Shown here in pieces: positions 33,481 through 42,801 of a stretch of 64,000 nucleotides of DNA (within the stretch, counting starts at the first letter, position 1; every line of letters starts with the position of its first letter). The translations under genes were made by a program, and so were the position numbers. The stretch is from Malassezia furfur (lineage: Eukaryota). The DNA lies in assembly GCA_052055015.1 (NCBI GenBank), contig JBQJIT010000003.1; one strand, given 5' to 3'. The notes below the pieces were generated by a model, which saw only the letters and a program-made list of their open reading frames with translations, was not told where the DNA came from and searched no databases.

Positions 33481-35664
33481 CTACAGGGCTATCAGCTTCA
33501 CGCGGCTCGGCACTTCGCGCGTTGCAAACGGGTCCGTAGGCCCGTGCGTCACAGCGTTGTCATGGGACGAGCCGGGCCGCGGGATGGCGGGACGCGTGCG
33601 CCCAGGCACGGGCGTAAAGTAGCTGCCTGAGTCGTGGCTGCGCGCGTGACCCGCGCGTGCCCACGGCATCCGCAGCTCAGACAGATTCCAAGTCGATTGC
33701 CCGCCGCCGCCGCTGCTGCTGCTCGACTCCTCGAGGATGCGGCTCACGTCGGTCGCCGCGTACGGCGAGCCGATCCACTGTAGCATGCGGTTCAGCTCCG
33801 ACCAGCTCACGCCGAACCGCACACATAGCTCGTCGTCACAGTGCAGTCCGTCTAGCAGCCCAGGGAGCTCCGGCGGGATCGGAATCGAGACGCCCGCGCG
33901 CGGCGACCGCAACGGCGTGCGCGCCCACCCAGACTCGTCCCGGAACGATGCGGGTTCTGCGGCGCCGTACGCGAGGCTCGCGACGTCGATTGCCGTCGCC
34001 GTCGGCCGATGGGCTGTCGCGCGCGCAGATGGCCGCGATTCGAGCGCGTTGCGCCGCGGCACTTCCGCACGCGCTGAAGTGCTCAGTGAAAAGAGCGAGT
34101 CGTGGTCGGCGTGAAGCATGTCGCCCGTCGGCACAGGGATCGCGCCCGCGCCCGCAAACTGCAGCCATGAGGAGACGGCGGAGCGCGCGGACGCCGAGCT
34201 GGCATACTGGATTGCGCTCGCGAACGACGTCGGCGCGACAACCTCAGCGTTGCGCCGCGGCCAGTCCGCCTCGACCTCGGCGGTGCGGTCTTCGCTCGCA
34301 TACACGAGCGTGGGGTATCGGTGGATGCGGCGCAAGAATCCCTTGATGATGCCAAACGTGACAAAGCGGCGGATGTCGACGCGCTGCGCACATTCGCCGA
34401 GCTCGTCGGCCCACTCGTACAGCGTGCGCCCCGGCTCCAGCTTGGAGTACATGCGCCACAGGTCCGGCGCAGCCAGCGGCTCTTGGTGCGGCAGGGTGAC
34501 ATACGCCGCACACTCAGGGCCCATCGCCTTGTCGTCGAGCATGCGCGCCATCTGCGGGCGCACGGCGTACATGTTGGAGAACTGGAAAATGTCAATCAGG
34601 ATTGCGTAGGAGTAGTACAGCAGGTGCTCGATGCACTGCTTCACCAGCGCCAGGTCCGTATCGGCGAGCTGCGCAATGCGTTTCGCATGATTCACGCCGT
34701 TGATGTGCGGCAGCAGCTTCATGAGCGTCAGGTCCCAGCTGCCATTTGCATGCTTCTCGAGGTCAATCAGAAGCACGGGCACGTCCCAGTCGTTCACACT
34801 CGGAGGGTTTGCGTACGACGGGAAGAGCTTCAGGTTGATCGCATCGCGCACAGTCCGCCCGAGCCCATGTGGCGGCGGCGACTTGGATCGCGCGCGCGCG
34901 GCACTCGTGCCGCGTGCGCTGGACCGCCCAGGCTCCGATGCGCCGGCCAGGGTGGGCGACGTCGGATCGGGCGGCCACGCGCGGCTGTGCGTGCGTTGGC
35001 GCACGCGCGCCAGGGGCCCCGAGGCCTGGGCGATCATGGCGTCCAGCTCCGCGGGGCTCACGAGCGTCAGATTCGACTCGCGCGCCGACGGCGGCTCGTA
35101 CGGCGTGGGGTCGAGGGCCGAGGCCTCGGGCAGCGCGATAAACGTCTCGTAGTACGCGTTGAGGTCCTCGTATAGCTGCTCCACGAGCATGTACAGCCTC
35201 GGCAGGTTTTCGAGGCGCGACACGAACGAGCTTTCCTCCTCGAGCAGGCGCAGTGAGCGCCCGCACTTGCGCACGATTGGCTCGTATGCACTGACGGACG
35301 CGCGGCTGTCAAACACAAAGCACAAATTGAAGATAAAGTAGTTGCGCTGGTACTTTTCCGACTGCTCGAGTAGCACGGGGAAGCCCATCACCTTGTAGCT
35401 GCGTGGAACATGCTGCGACGGATTGTGCGAGCGGACCTCGCTCGTGATCAGCCGGCCACACAGCGGCGCCTTGGGAATCACGTACTCGGACAGTGACGCA
35501 AAGTCGAGCATCGGGTGCCGCTGCGGCTCCGCCGAGGCGTCCGCATTCCGTTGGTCCACAAAGATGTTCTCAGGCACCTGGAAGAGCACCTTGGGCCCAT
35601 CGAATGGGTGAAAGATGGCCAGAAACGCGGCCTCGAGGCGCGGCAGGAACGACGACGCGCCCAT
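33481..35664 (-). CDS. NPR2: Nitrogen permease regulator 2 (GATOR1/SEACIT subunit)
   Basis: FHPFDGPKVLFQVP, SEYVIPKAPLCGRL, KYQRNYFIFN, WDLTLMKLLPHINGVNH, IDIFQFSNMY, DIRRFVTFGIIKGFL, LDGLHCDDELC. Confidence 0.92.
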   Translation of the reverse strand: MGASSFLPRLEAAFLAIFHPFDGPKVLFQVPENIFVDQRNADASAEPQRHPMLDFASLSEYVIPKAPLCGRLITSEVRSHNPSQHVPRSYKVMGFPVLLEQSEKYQRNYFIFNLCFVFDSRASVSAYEPIVRKCGRSLRLLEEESSFVSRLENLPRLYMLVEQLYEDLNAYYETFIALPEASALDPTPYEPPSARESNLTLVSPAELDAMIAQASGPLARVRQRTHSRAWPPDPTSPTLAGASEPGRSSARGTSAARARSKSPPPHGLGRTVRDAINLKLFPSYANPPSVNDWDVPVLLIDLEKHANGSWDLTLMKLLPHINGVNHAKRIAQLADTDLALVKQCIEHLLYYSYAILIDIFQFSNMYAVRPQMARMLDDKAMGPECAAYVTLPHQEPLAAPDLWRMYSKLEPGRTLYEWADELGECAQRVDIRRFVTFGIIKGFLRRIHRYPTLVYASEDRTAEVEADWPRRNAEVVAPTSFASAIQYASSASARSAVSSWLQFAGAGAIPVPTGDMLHADHDSLFSLSTSARAEVPRRNALESRPSARATAHRPTATAIDVASLAYGAAEPASFRDESGWARTPLRSPRAGVSIPIPPELPGLLDGLHCDDELCVRFGVSWSELNRMLQWIGSPYAATDVSRILEESSSSSGGGGQSTWNLSELRMPWARAGHARSHDSGSYFTPVPGRTRPAIPRPGSSHDNAVTHGPTDPFATREVPSRVKLIAL

Positions 35665-35729
35665 CGACCGGCCGTGCATGCTGGTGACGCGATCGGGGCG
35701 ATCGGGTGCGGAGGGTGCGTCCTCCTGCG

Positions 35730-36878
35730 ATGCGGCTTGCGAGCGTGGGGCGCTGGGTCGTCTGCGCGATCGCTGCGGCGGCGGCGCGCGCGACAGCGGC
35801 CACCGCCGAAGAACGCGGGTCGTCGCTTAGCGACGCGGCCGTGGCGGCGCTCGTTGCGCCGGACCCCGCCCCGATCCTCGACCATCACAAAGCCGATTCG
35901 CTGCTCGCGCGCATCCTGATCCCGCGCGTGGCCGGCACGGAGAACAGCACGCGGGTGCGTAACGCACTGATCGAGGCTCTTGAGTCGCCCAAAGATGCGC
36001 ATGGCCAGAGCAAATGGCACATTGAGACGCAATCCTTTGACGCCGAGACGCCGGTGGGCGTGCGTCGGATGACCAACATCATCGCGACGCGCGATCCGCA
36101 CGCGTCACGTCACCTCGTGCTCGCCGCGCACTACGACTCCAAATACTTTCCGCCTGGCCCACTCGAGGCATTTGTTGGTGCGACCGACAGCGCTGCACCA
36201 TGCGCGATGCTCGTCGACGTCGCCTTGGCGCTCGATGCCCAGCTTGACGCGCACGTCGCACAGCAGGCGGACTGGCGCGCGACGCACCCCTACGCAGACG
36301 GCAACAACGACACTACTCTGCAGCTTGTCTTCCTCGACGGCGAAGAGGCCTTTCAGGTGTGGACCGCGACCGACTCGGTGTACGGTGCACGGCAGCTCGC
36401 ACAGACGCTTGCCCAAACATGGGTCGCGCCGAACCAAACGCTGCAAGCGCGACATATGACTGGCCGCGGACGTGCAATGCGCGCAATCCAAAGGATGGAG
36501 CACTTTGTGCTGCTCGATCTGCTCGGCGCGCCGAATCCACGCGTGCCCTACTATTTCCCCGATACCAAATGGATGCATGCGCGGCTGCAGGACATCGAGG
36601 CGCGTCTTGCGTCGCTGCAGCTGCTGTACCCGCGCGGCGACACCCAGAAACGTATGCCGATGCTTGATCCGCGGCGCGGGCCGTCGGGCATCGGCGACGA
36701 CCACCTACCGTTCCTGGCCGAGGGCGTGCCGATATTGCACCTAATCCCCGTGCCGTTCCCCAACGTGTGGCACCGCATCAGCGACGACGCATCCGCCCTG
36801 GACTATGCGGTGGTGCACGCATGGGCCAAGTTGCTCCGTGTGTTTGTCGCCGAAGTACTTGATCTGCCGGTGTTGTAA
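35730..36878 (+). CDS. Glutaminyl-peptide cyclotransferase-like (peptidase M28 family), signal peptide
   Basis: LAAHYDSK, GATDSAAPCA, FLDGEEAF, LLDLLG, DDHLPF, FPNVWH metal-binding motifs; hydrophobic N-terminus. Confidence 0.9.
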   Translation: MRLASVGRWVVCAIAAAAARATAATAEERGSSLSDAAVAALVAPDPAPILDHHKADSLLARILIPRVAGTENSTRVRNALIEALESPKDAHGQSKWHIETQSFDAETPVGVRRMTNIIATRDPHASRHLVLAAHYDSKYFPPGPLEAFVGATDSAAPCAMLVDVALALDAQLDAHVAQQADWRATHPYADGNNDTTLQLVFLDGEEAFQVWTATDSVYGARQLAQTLAQTWVAPNQTLQARHMTGRGRAMRAIQRMEHFVLLDLLGAPNPRVPYYFPDTKWMHARLQDIEARLASLQLLYPRGDTQKRMPMLDPRRGPSGIGDDHLPFLAEGVPILHLIPVPFPNVWHRISDDASALDYAVVHAWAKLLRVFVAEVLDLPVL

Positions 36879-36884
36879 CGTAGA

Positions 36885-39800
36885 CTACTTCAGCAGCTGC
36901 CACAGCACACGCGCGCGCACCGGCGCAAGCGCAGCATATCCCGCACGCTCCAGCGTCGTGTGGGCGCCCCGCGACGAATCCACAAGCCAGCTCGCGACGA
37001 GCAGCCGCTCCAGCCGGTTGGCCTCGTCGGGGGCATCCAGGGCCTGGAGCGCGTCGCGCGGAAGGTGCGCCTCGAGCGCGGCACACGCCGCGTCGCGGTC
37101 GTCGGGCACATCGGCGGTCGCCTGGCGCAGCTGCTTGGCCGCAGCGTCGGACACGGCGCCGTGCGCCTCCCAATGCGCCGCAAGCGTCGCGAGCGCCGCA
37201 AACTGCGCAGGCGCCGTACCGAGGTGTGTGAGCGTGAGCTTCGATGCCGCGTCGTGCACGAGGCCGAGACGCTGGGCACGCATGAGCACCTCGTCGACCA
37301 CACACGAGAGCGCCGCAGCGACTTCGGCACGCGGCGCCGTCTGCTGCGCACATGCCACGCCATAGTACACCGGGTTTGCTGCGATGCGGTGCGCCAGCAG
37401 CGACGTGCCGAGCCACGCCACGAGCGCATTGCGTGTCGTGCGCTGACCCTCGCCGAGGCTGCGGCACACGGCGTCAAGCAGCGCAGGGCTCGATGCCAGC
37501 GCCGACTCGAGTACGTACGGCTGGCGTACCTGCCGGGCCAACGCCGGCGCGCGCGTCGGCTGGCACAGCACAACGCACTGCCCACCGCTCGGCGCGTCGG
37601 CGCGCGAGGCAAGCGCGTGCATCTGCAGCATGTCGACGATGGGGTATTCGGCCACCGTGCCACGGCCCTCGGATGGGACGTAGTACTGCGTTCCCAGCAC
37701 CAGGACGAGGTGCGCACGCAGCGGCACCGCGTATACCGCCGCACGCGGCAACACGACAAAGCGCACGAGGCGTGCGGCATACAACTCTTCGACCAGCGCG
37801 CGGTCGGACGGCGCGAGCGACGTGTGCCACACCGCGACGCCTTGGCGCAGAAGCTGCCCCAGCTCGGCGTCGCGCGCACGCACGGCCAGGCCCGCACCGT
37901 CGGTGAGCTGCATCGCGCTCGCATCGGTCGCGAGGCGCGCGACCAACTCGCGCGCCGCCGCGAGGCACTGGGCGCGCGACGACACGACGAGCAGCGTCGG
38001 TGCGTAGTTGGCGCCCTGGATCCGGTCGTACGCAGGCTTGACAAACACGCGCACCATCGCCTCCGAGTATGCCACGTCGACGGTCGCCACCTCGAGCGTC
38101 GCGGGGTACGGCGCATCGCCCGGCTGGAAGGTGTAGGTGTGCTTCGGTGCGACACGCAGCCACGCCGCGACGCTCGGCGCGGTGGCGAGGCAGGCGGACG
38201 TCGCAACGACGCGTGCGGCTGTGTGCTGCAGCGCGCGCATCACCGCAAGCTCGTAGGCGGCGTCCATGCGGTGCACGTCAAGCACAACGACAAGCGTCGG
38301 CACGTCCTCGGTCGTGTCCGGCACGTCAGCCGGCGTCAGGACCCACACGTCCGACGACGCGCCGCCCACAGTGCGTCCGCGCGGCGCATACGCGCGCAGC
38401 GGCGCAGCGGCCGCCTCGGCGCCCGCCGCGTCCGGCACAAGCACCCACACCTTGCGCTGTGCCCACACGGCGGCCGCCACGACGGTGCGCTTTCCGGCAC
38501 CGATCGGCGCACACAGCAGCACGTTGGACGTCGTGTGCGCGAGCGTGTGAAAGACTTGCGTCTGCAGCGCATTGAACGTCGTGATGCCGCTCCGTGCGTA
38601 CGCTGCGGCGATGCCCGGCGCAAGGCACGTCTCGAGCGGCAGCAGCGGCAAGTCGAGTACGGGCGTCGGTGGCGCCGCCGATGGTGGCCACACGTCGTCG
38701 AGCGAGACGACGACGGCGCCCTCGGCGCCGAGCCAGTGCACCGACGTCCACGCCACCGTGTACGTCGCCTGGCTCACAGGACGCTCGGCGGGCGTGCCGC
38801 ATGGCACGTCGACCTCGAGCGTGCGGTCGGCGCCGAGCACCGGCGGCGTGCGCCGGCGCAGCGTGAGGGTCTCGGCGTACGCAATGCGCTGCGCGCCGTC
38901 CTCCACGTACACCACGATCGGCAGCGACGCGCCGTGCACGCGCTCGCTCCACACAAACGCCTGCGTGACGTCGATGAGGAGGCGCACGTAGCCGTCCGGC
39001 CGCGGGCGCACGCGCACAGCGAGGTCCACCTGCGGGAAGTGCGATGCGGCGTCGTGCACGGCACTGGCGGTGCGCTCGTTGGTGTGCAGCACGCCGGCGA
39101 GGTCCGGCAGGGCGAGCGCACGAATTTGGGCGACCTCGAGCTCGTCCGCATACTGCGTCACCTTGTGGATGACGTCGCGGTGGAGCGTCGTCATCTGGCG
39201 AAGCGGGTGCTCGTACGGCCAGATGCGGTGCTCGACGGCCTTGGCGAGGCTCAGGAACGCAAACGCCGCCGTCGCATAGCCGCGGTCCAGCGCGAGATCA
39301 AAAAGCGACTGCAAAATGCGCCCCGCGTTCTGCGCAATGTACCGCATGTCGCTCACCAGGGCAAAGTCGTCGACATACAGATTGGAAATGTGCGCCTGGA
39401 GCAGGATGTTGACCTTGCCCTGCTGCGTCTTGGCGCCGCCGGGCACCTCGCACGGGATGCGGTCGAGGAGCGCGTCGAGTTCCGCCTCCTCGCTGTCGCG
39501 CATCGCAATCTGTCCAAAGTCGGTCGCGCGGCTCATCAGGTCGAGTGCGTCGGCCTCGCGCAGGTTGTTGCGCAGGCGCTCCTGGAAAATGCTGACCGTC
39601 TTGTAGTGCAGGTAGTAGCGCGACGCAATGCGGCCCACGGCCGTCGTGTGCAGCCGCCCGGTGGAGTCCATCACCACCATCTCGTGCTCGACCAAGATGC
39701 GCGCCGCGTTCATAATCCAGTGCTCGCGCCGCGTCGTCAGCGACGGGTCCGCGGCAAGGTCCGCGAGGTCGATGCCGTACACGAGCGGCGCCTTGTTCAG

Positions 39801-41852
39801 GCGCGTGTACAGGTAGGTAAAGCCCAGCCACGACACGCCGTCCGCCACACTCGACACCGAGCCAAGGGCCACCTCGGCGTTGAGCGCATCCACAATCCCG
39901 CTCAGGAAGCGCGACTCGATCGGGTGCGACGAGGTGATCGCCTCAATGTAGTGCGGCACCTTTTCGCCCGACGTGCAGATGTAGCCCACACCCACATCCT
40001 CGTACTGCGGACGGCCTGCACGACCGAAAATCTGCAGCACATCGAGGATGCCCAGGTCGACAAACTTGCCCGCCTCGGCGTTGTACACGTCGGTGCCCTT
40101 GATGATGACCGCGTATGCAGGTAGGTTGACACCCCAGGCGAGCGTCGCCGTACAGCAGAGCACGCGCGTTGCACCGGCGGCAAACGTGCGTTCCGCGAGG
40201 TCGCGGTCGCTGCGCAGCATACCGGCATGGTGGATACCGATGCCGTGGTCGTACAGCTCGCGCAGCTCGCGGTTGCGGCTCGCTGCCATGTCGCGGTCAA
40301 AGCGCGTGTCCTCGCGGTCGTCGGTCAGTAGCCCACTCAGGCCGTCCTCCTTGCCGAGCTCAAGCAGCGCCTGTGCGGTCTTGACGGTATCTTTACGGGT
40401 ATGCACAAACACCATCACAGGGTGCCGCTGCTCGGCCAGGGCAAGCACTTTTTCATACACCACGCGGTCGAGATGGCCGCGCGCGAGCGCCGACCCATTC
40501 TTGCCCCGCACGCCCACAAAGTGCTGCTCGAGCGGCACAGGGCGGAACGAGGAGCCAAAGTAGAACAGGCCGCGCCACCGGTTCACCCCAAGAAAGTCGG
40601 CCACATCGACATAGTTGGGCAGCGTCGCACTCAGGCCCACAATGCGGATCATGGTCTGCGCCGACTCGACGAGGCGCTGTGTGCGGGCAACGATCGTCTC
40701 GATCACCGCACCACGGTCCTCGTGTAAGAGATGCACCTCGTCGATGATGAGCAGCCGGACAGACAGCGCTAGCTCGCCATCGCCCACCGGCCGACGTGTC
40801 ACCACATCCCACTTTTCCGGCGTAGTGACAATCATCTGCGTCTCGGCAATTTCGCGGCGCGTGAGCTGCATATCACCCGTCAATTCGCGCACGCGGATCC
40901 CAATGTATTGTAGACGCTTGGAAAACTTGGCGACAACCTCGGACACGAGCGCCTTCATGGGCGCCACGTACACAATCTTGAAAGCATCGCGGTCCACATG
41001 GATTTTGCTGCCCTGGACAGTGGAGAAGCGCGAGATGCACCGCAGCACGGAGAGCATCGCGACGTCCGTCTTGCCTGCACCTGTCGGCGCACACACCAGC
41101 ATGTTCTCGTTCGACTGATACGCAACGGGGTACACGGCGCTCTGCAGCCGATTCAGGCTCTCGTACGAGCGAAAGGCGCCCTGGCACAGCGTGTCCATCT
41201 CCGACAGCGGCACGAGGCGCTCCGTCGCGCGGAAGGGCAGCGGCTTGCTGGGCGGCACGGTGACCTCCTCGTAGTACGACTCATGCACGCGAGTCGTGCC
41301 CATCGGCAGCGCAAAACGCGAGCCACCGGCCGTCACGACGCGATTCTGTTCGCCACTCGCAAATACGTTGGGGTATTGCTCTTCCTCGGCTGCCGGTGCA
41401 AGCTGCAGCGGATCCGCGCTGGAGCCCACGCCCGCAGCGCGCTGCGTCAGCTCGCGGTTCACAGCGGCGAGCGCCGCGCCGCGGTCGCCCATAACGCCCG
41501 TCACGAGTTCGAGCTCGTCGAGGCCCAGCAGTTCGGCCAGGTCCTCGGCTGCGCGCTCTGCATCGCTGCGTCCCAGGGCATCGCGAAGACCCTCCAGAAT
41601 GTGGCTCTGTGTTGCACGGTCCGAAAACCGACCCTCGACATGATGCACGAGCCGGTCGCCGACGCTTGACGTGGGCGGAGGCCGCGTGGCGGTCTGTTCG
41701 CTCAGTGCCAAATTTGCCCAGATGGTGGCGCGCGGCGCCGGGGGCAAGGTATCTTGCGGCTCATCCAGCACCTGAAACTCAGGCGGGATGTCCGTCAAAG
41801 GCGGCACTGTGCCGTCTACGAGCCCCGCGGCCAACTGCGGCCATTCGTCCAT
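36885..41852 (-). CDS. SLH1: Ski2-like helicase Slh1/ASCC3 (Rqt2) with a degenerate second cassette
   Basis: First cassette intact (APTGAGKT, DEVH, LSATLPN, QIFGRAGRPQ) followed by a Sec63 domain; YPNVF...FALPMGT N-terminal features of Slh1/ASCC3. Start chosen at ccaccATGG (41852). Confidence 0.85.
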   Translation of the reverse strand: MDEWPQLAAGLVDGTVPPLTDIPPEFQVLDEPQDTLPPAPRATIWANLALSEQTATRPPPTSSVGDRLVHHVEGRFSDRATQSHILEGLRDALGRSDAERAAEDLAELLGLDELELVTGVMGDRGAALAAVNRELTQRAAGVGSSADPLQLAPAAEEEQYPNVFASGEQNRVVTAGGSRFALPMGTTRVHESYYEEVTVPPSKPLPFRATERLVPLSEMDTLCQGAFRSYESLNRLQSAVYPVAYQSNENMLVCAPTGAGKTDVAMLSVLRCISRFSTVQGSKIHVDRDAFKIVYVAPMKALVSEVVAKFSKRLQYIGIRVRELTGDMQLTRREIAETQMIVTTPEKWDVVTRRPVGDGELALSVRLLIIDEVHLLHEDRGAVIETIVARTQRLVESAQTMIRIVGLSATLPNYVDVADFLGVNRWRGLFYFGSSFRPVPLEQHFVGVRGKNGSALARGHLDRVVYEKVLALAEQRHPVMVFVHTRKDTVKTAQALLELGKEDGLSGLLTDDREDTRFDRDMAASRNRELRELYDHGIGIHHAGMLRSDRDLAERTFAAGATRVLCCTATLAWGVNLPAYAVIIKGTDVYNAEAGKFVDLGILDVLQIFGRAGRPQYEDVGVGYICTSGEKVPHYIEAITSSHPIESRFLSGIVDALNAEVALGSVSSVADGVSWLGFTYLYTRLNKAPLVYGIDLADLAADPSLTTRREHWIMNAARILVEHEMVVMDSTGRLHTTAVGRIASRYYLHYKTVSIFQERLRNNLREADALDLMSRATDFGQIAMRDSEEAELDALLDRIPCEVPGGAKTQQGKVNILLQAHISNLYVDDFALVSDMRYIAQNAGRILQSLFDLALDRGYATAAFAFLSLAKAVEHRIWPYEHPLRQMTTLHRDVIHKVTQYADELEVAQIRALALPDLAGVLHTNERTASAVHDAASHFPQVDLAVRVRPRPDGYVRLLIDVTQAFVWSERVHGASLPIVVYVEDGAQRIAYAETLTLRRRTPPVLGADRTLEVDVPCGTPAERPVSQATYTVAWTSVHWLGAEGAVVVSLDDVWPPSAAPPTPVLDLPLLPLETCLAPGIAAAYARSGITTFNALQTQVFHTLAHTTSNVLLCAPIGAGKRTVVAAAVWAQRKVWVLVPDAAGAEAAAAPLRAYAPRGRTVGGASSDVWVLTPADVPDTTEDVPTLVVVLDVHRMDAAYELAVMRALQHTAARVVATSACLATAPSVAAWLRVAPKHTYTFQPGDAPYPATLEVATVDVAYSEAMVRVFVKPAYDRIQGANYAPTLLVVSSRAQCLAAARELVARLATDASAMQLTDGAGLAVRARDAELGQLLRQGVAVWHTSLAPSDRALVEELYAARLVRFVVLPRAAVYAVPLRAHLVLVLGTQYYVPSEGRGTVAEYPIVDMLQMHALASRADAPSGGQCVVLCQPTRAPALARQVRQPYVLESALASSPALLDAVCRSLGEGQRTTRNALVAWLGTSLLAHRIAANPVYYGVACAQQTAPRAEVAAALSCVVDEVLMRAQRLGLVHDAASKLTLTHLGTAPAQFAALATLAAHWEAHGAVSDAAAKQLRQATADVPDDRDAACAALEAHLPRDALQALDAPDEANRLERLLVASWLVDSSRGAHTTLERAGYAALAPVRARVLWQLLK

Positions 41853-41901
41853 GGTGGGACCTTCGCGGGTTAGGTAAGCAGGTTGCCTCCTACTTCGATC
41901 G

Positions 41902-42033
41902 GTACGTTGGAAAACGGGCGCGAAGGATGAACCTCCTTCGTAAATCAATCTGTCAATCCACTGAGATTCGTCCATGATTGCACACAGGACTCCTGAACGC
42001 GCCCACACATCCCGATACAGTGCTGACTGCTAG
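41902..42033 (+). other. 5'-UTR spliceosomal intron A (132 nt) hosting a snoRNA
   Basis: Donor GTACGT at 41902, branch GCTGAC 42022-42027, acceptor TAG ending 42033. Confidence 0.7.
41916..42004 (+). ncRNA. Box C/D snoRNA guiding SSU rRNA Um at the yeast U1231 / human U1288 equivalent (SNORD110-like)
   Basis: Terminal stem GGGCGCG/CGCGCCC; box C variant AGGATGA 41924-41930; D' CTGA 41961; C'-like ATGATT 41974; box D CTGA 41993. Guide TCAATCTGTCAATCC (41945-41959) is complementary to the conserved 18S GGAUUGACAGAUUGA (rRNA sequence recalled, not aligned). Confidence 0.85.
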
Positions 42034-42168
42034 GTATGTTTTGCTGCCGCCACCATGATGAGCATTTCAACAGACTCGAAAGCGACACACCGAAAGGTGG
42101 TGGGCGACCAAAATGCGTTATTGTCCTGAGTGGCCGGACACGCGATGTGACTAGGTACTGACTTTTAG
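42034..42168 (+). other. 5'-UTR spliceosomal intron B (135 nt) hosting a snoRNA
   Basis: Donor GTATGT at 42034, branch ACTGAC 42157-42162, acceptor TAG ending 42168, 2 nt before the ATG at 42171. Confidence 0.75.
42049..42134 (+). ncRNA. Box C/D snoRNA, snR68-like (LSU rRNA Am2640 equivalent)
   Basis: Terminal stem GCCAC/GTGGC; box C ATGATGA 42055-42061; box D CTGA 42126-42129. Guide TGCGTTATTGT (42114-42124) is complementary to LSU AC(A/G)AUAACGCA; the D+5 rule selects the A equivalent to yeast A2640 (rRNA sequence recalled, not aligned). Confidence 0.8.
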
Positions 42169-42170
42169 AG

Positions 42171-42722
42171 ATGCATGCGGTCGAAAAGGACATGGCCGTT
42201 TTCCACCTGCCGGGGCATCCGCTCCCGGCGGTGACAATGTTGCAAAGCACCGATGGTACGCAGCCGCAGATCGACTTGTTCATGCTGTCGCTCAGTCGTC
42301 CCGTACTGCTGTGCGCATTTTCTTTTCCTACGCGTATCACGGCGCAAGGCGAGGAGGTGGACTGCGGCCCGACACAGCCCAGCAGCCTGCAGCTGGCGTC
42401 CTTCAAAGAACACATGGATACCCTCAAAAAGTGGGAGCCTGACCTGCTCGTGTTTGGGCTCAGCACGTACTCGCCTGCGTGTCAGTCGCGCATCCACGCC
42501 ACTCTCGGCCTGCCGTTCCCGCTGCTGAGCGATGCCAAGCGCGAGTTTAGCGATAAGCTCGAGCTTCCCATGCGCGAGGACGGCGGGATGCAGGTACTGC
42601 AGCGGTGCACGCTGCTCTTGCGCGAGGGGCAAGTGACGCGCATCGATTACCCCCTGTCGGACCCGACGCAGGCCGCGGTGCGGGCCGAGTACATGTTCCA
42701 GCGCGATGCCGGGCATGACTGA
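42171..42722 (+). CDS. Redoxin/AhpC-TSA (peroxiredoxin BCP-like) fold protein, apparently lacking the peroxidatic Cys
   Basis: LPAVTMLQSTDG...RPVLLCAFSFP...VFGLST...LGLPFPLLSD...RCTLLLREGQV...YP pattern of BCP-like redoxins. Confidence 0.7.
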   Translation: MHAVEKDMAVFHLPGHPLPAVTMLQSTDGTQPQIDLFMLSLSRPVLLCAFSFPTRITAQGEEVDCGPTQPSSLQLASFKEHMDTLKKWEPDLLVFGLSTYSPACQSRIHATLGLPFPLLSDAKREFSDKLELPMREDGGMQVLQRCTLLLREGQVTRIDYPLSDPTQAAVRAEYMFQRDAGHD

Positions 42723-42801
42723 CCGGTGCGCACGCATGATTCCCCTGTAGTATTTGTACTGTAGCCGGCGCACTCAGTCACGCCATGACGCCTATGACTC
42801 T

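Noticed and set aside
36960..40124. Very long antisense and alternate-frame ORFs (e.g. 1054 aa here; also 180-1970, 18066-20165, 55504-57660)
   Set aside because: They shadow well-supported genes, lack recognisable motifs and are expected from high GC3 and repeat structure.
41853..42008. N-terminal extension of the SLH1 ORF given in the ORF track
   Set aside because: It overlaps a snoRNA on the opposite strand and has atypical composition; the ATG at 41852 has a better context.
42155..42168. Possible third 14-nt intron (GTACTGACTTTTAG) after another AG|GT
   Set aside because: Below the observed 21-nt floor, with the branch A at position 7 and a weak donor; better read as the 3' end of intron B.
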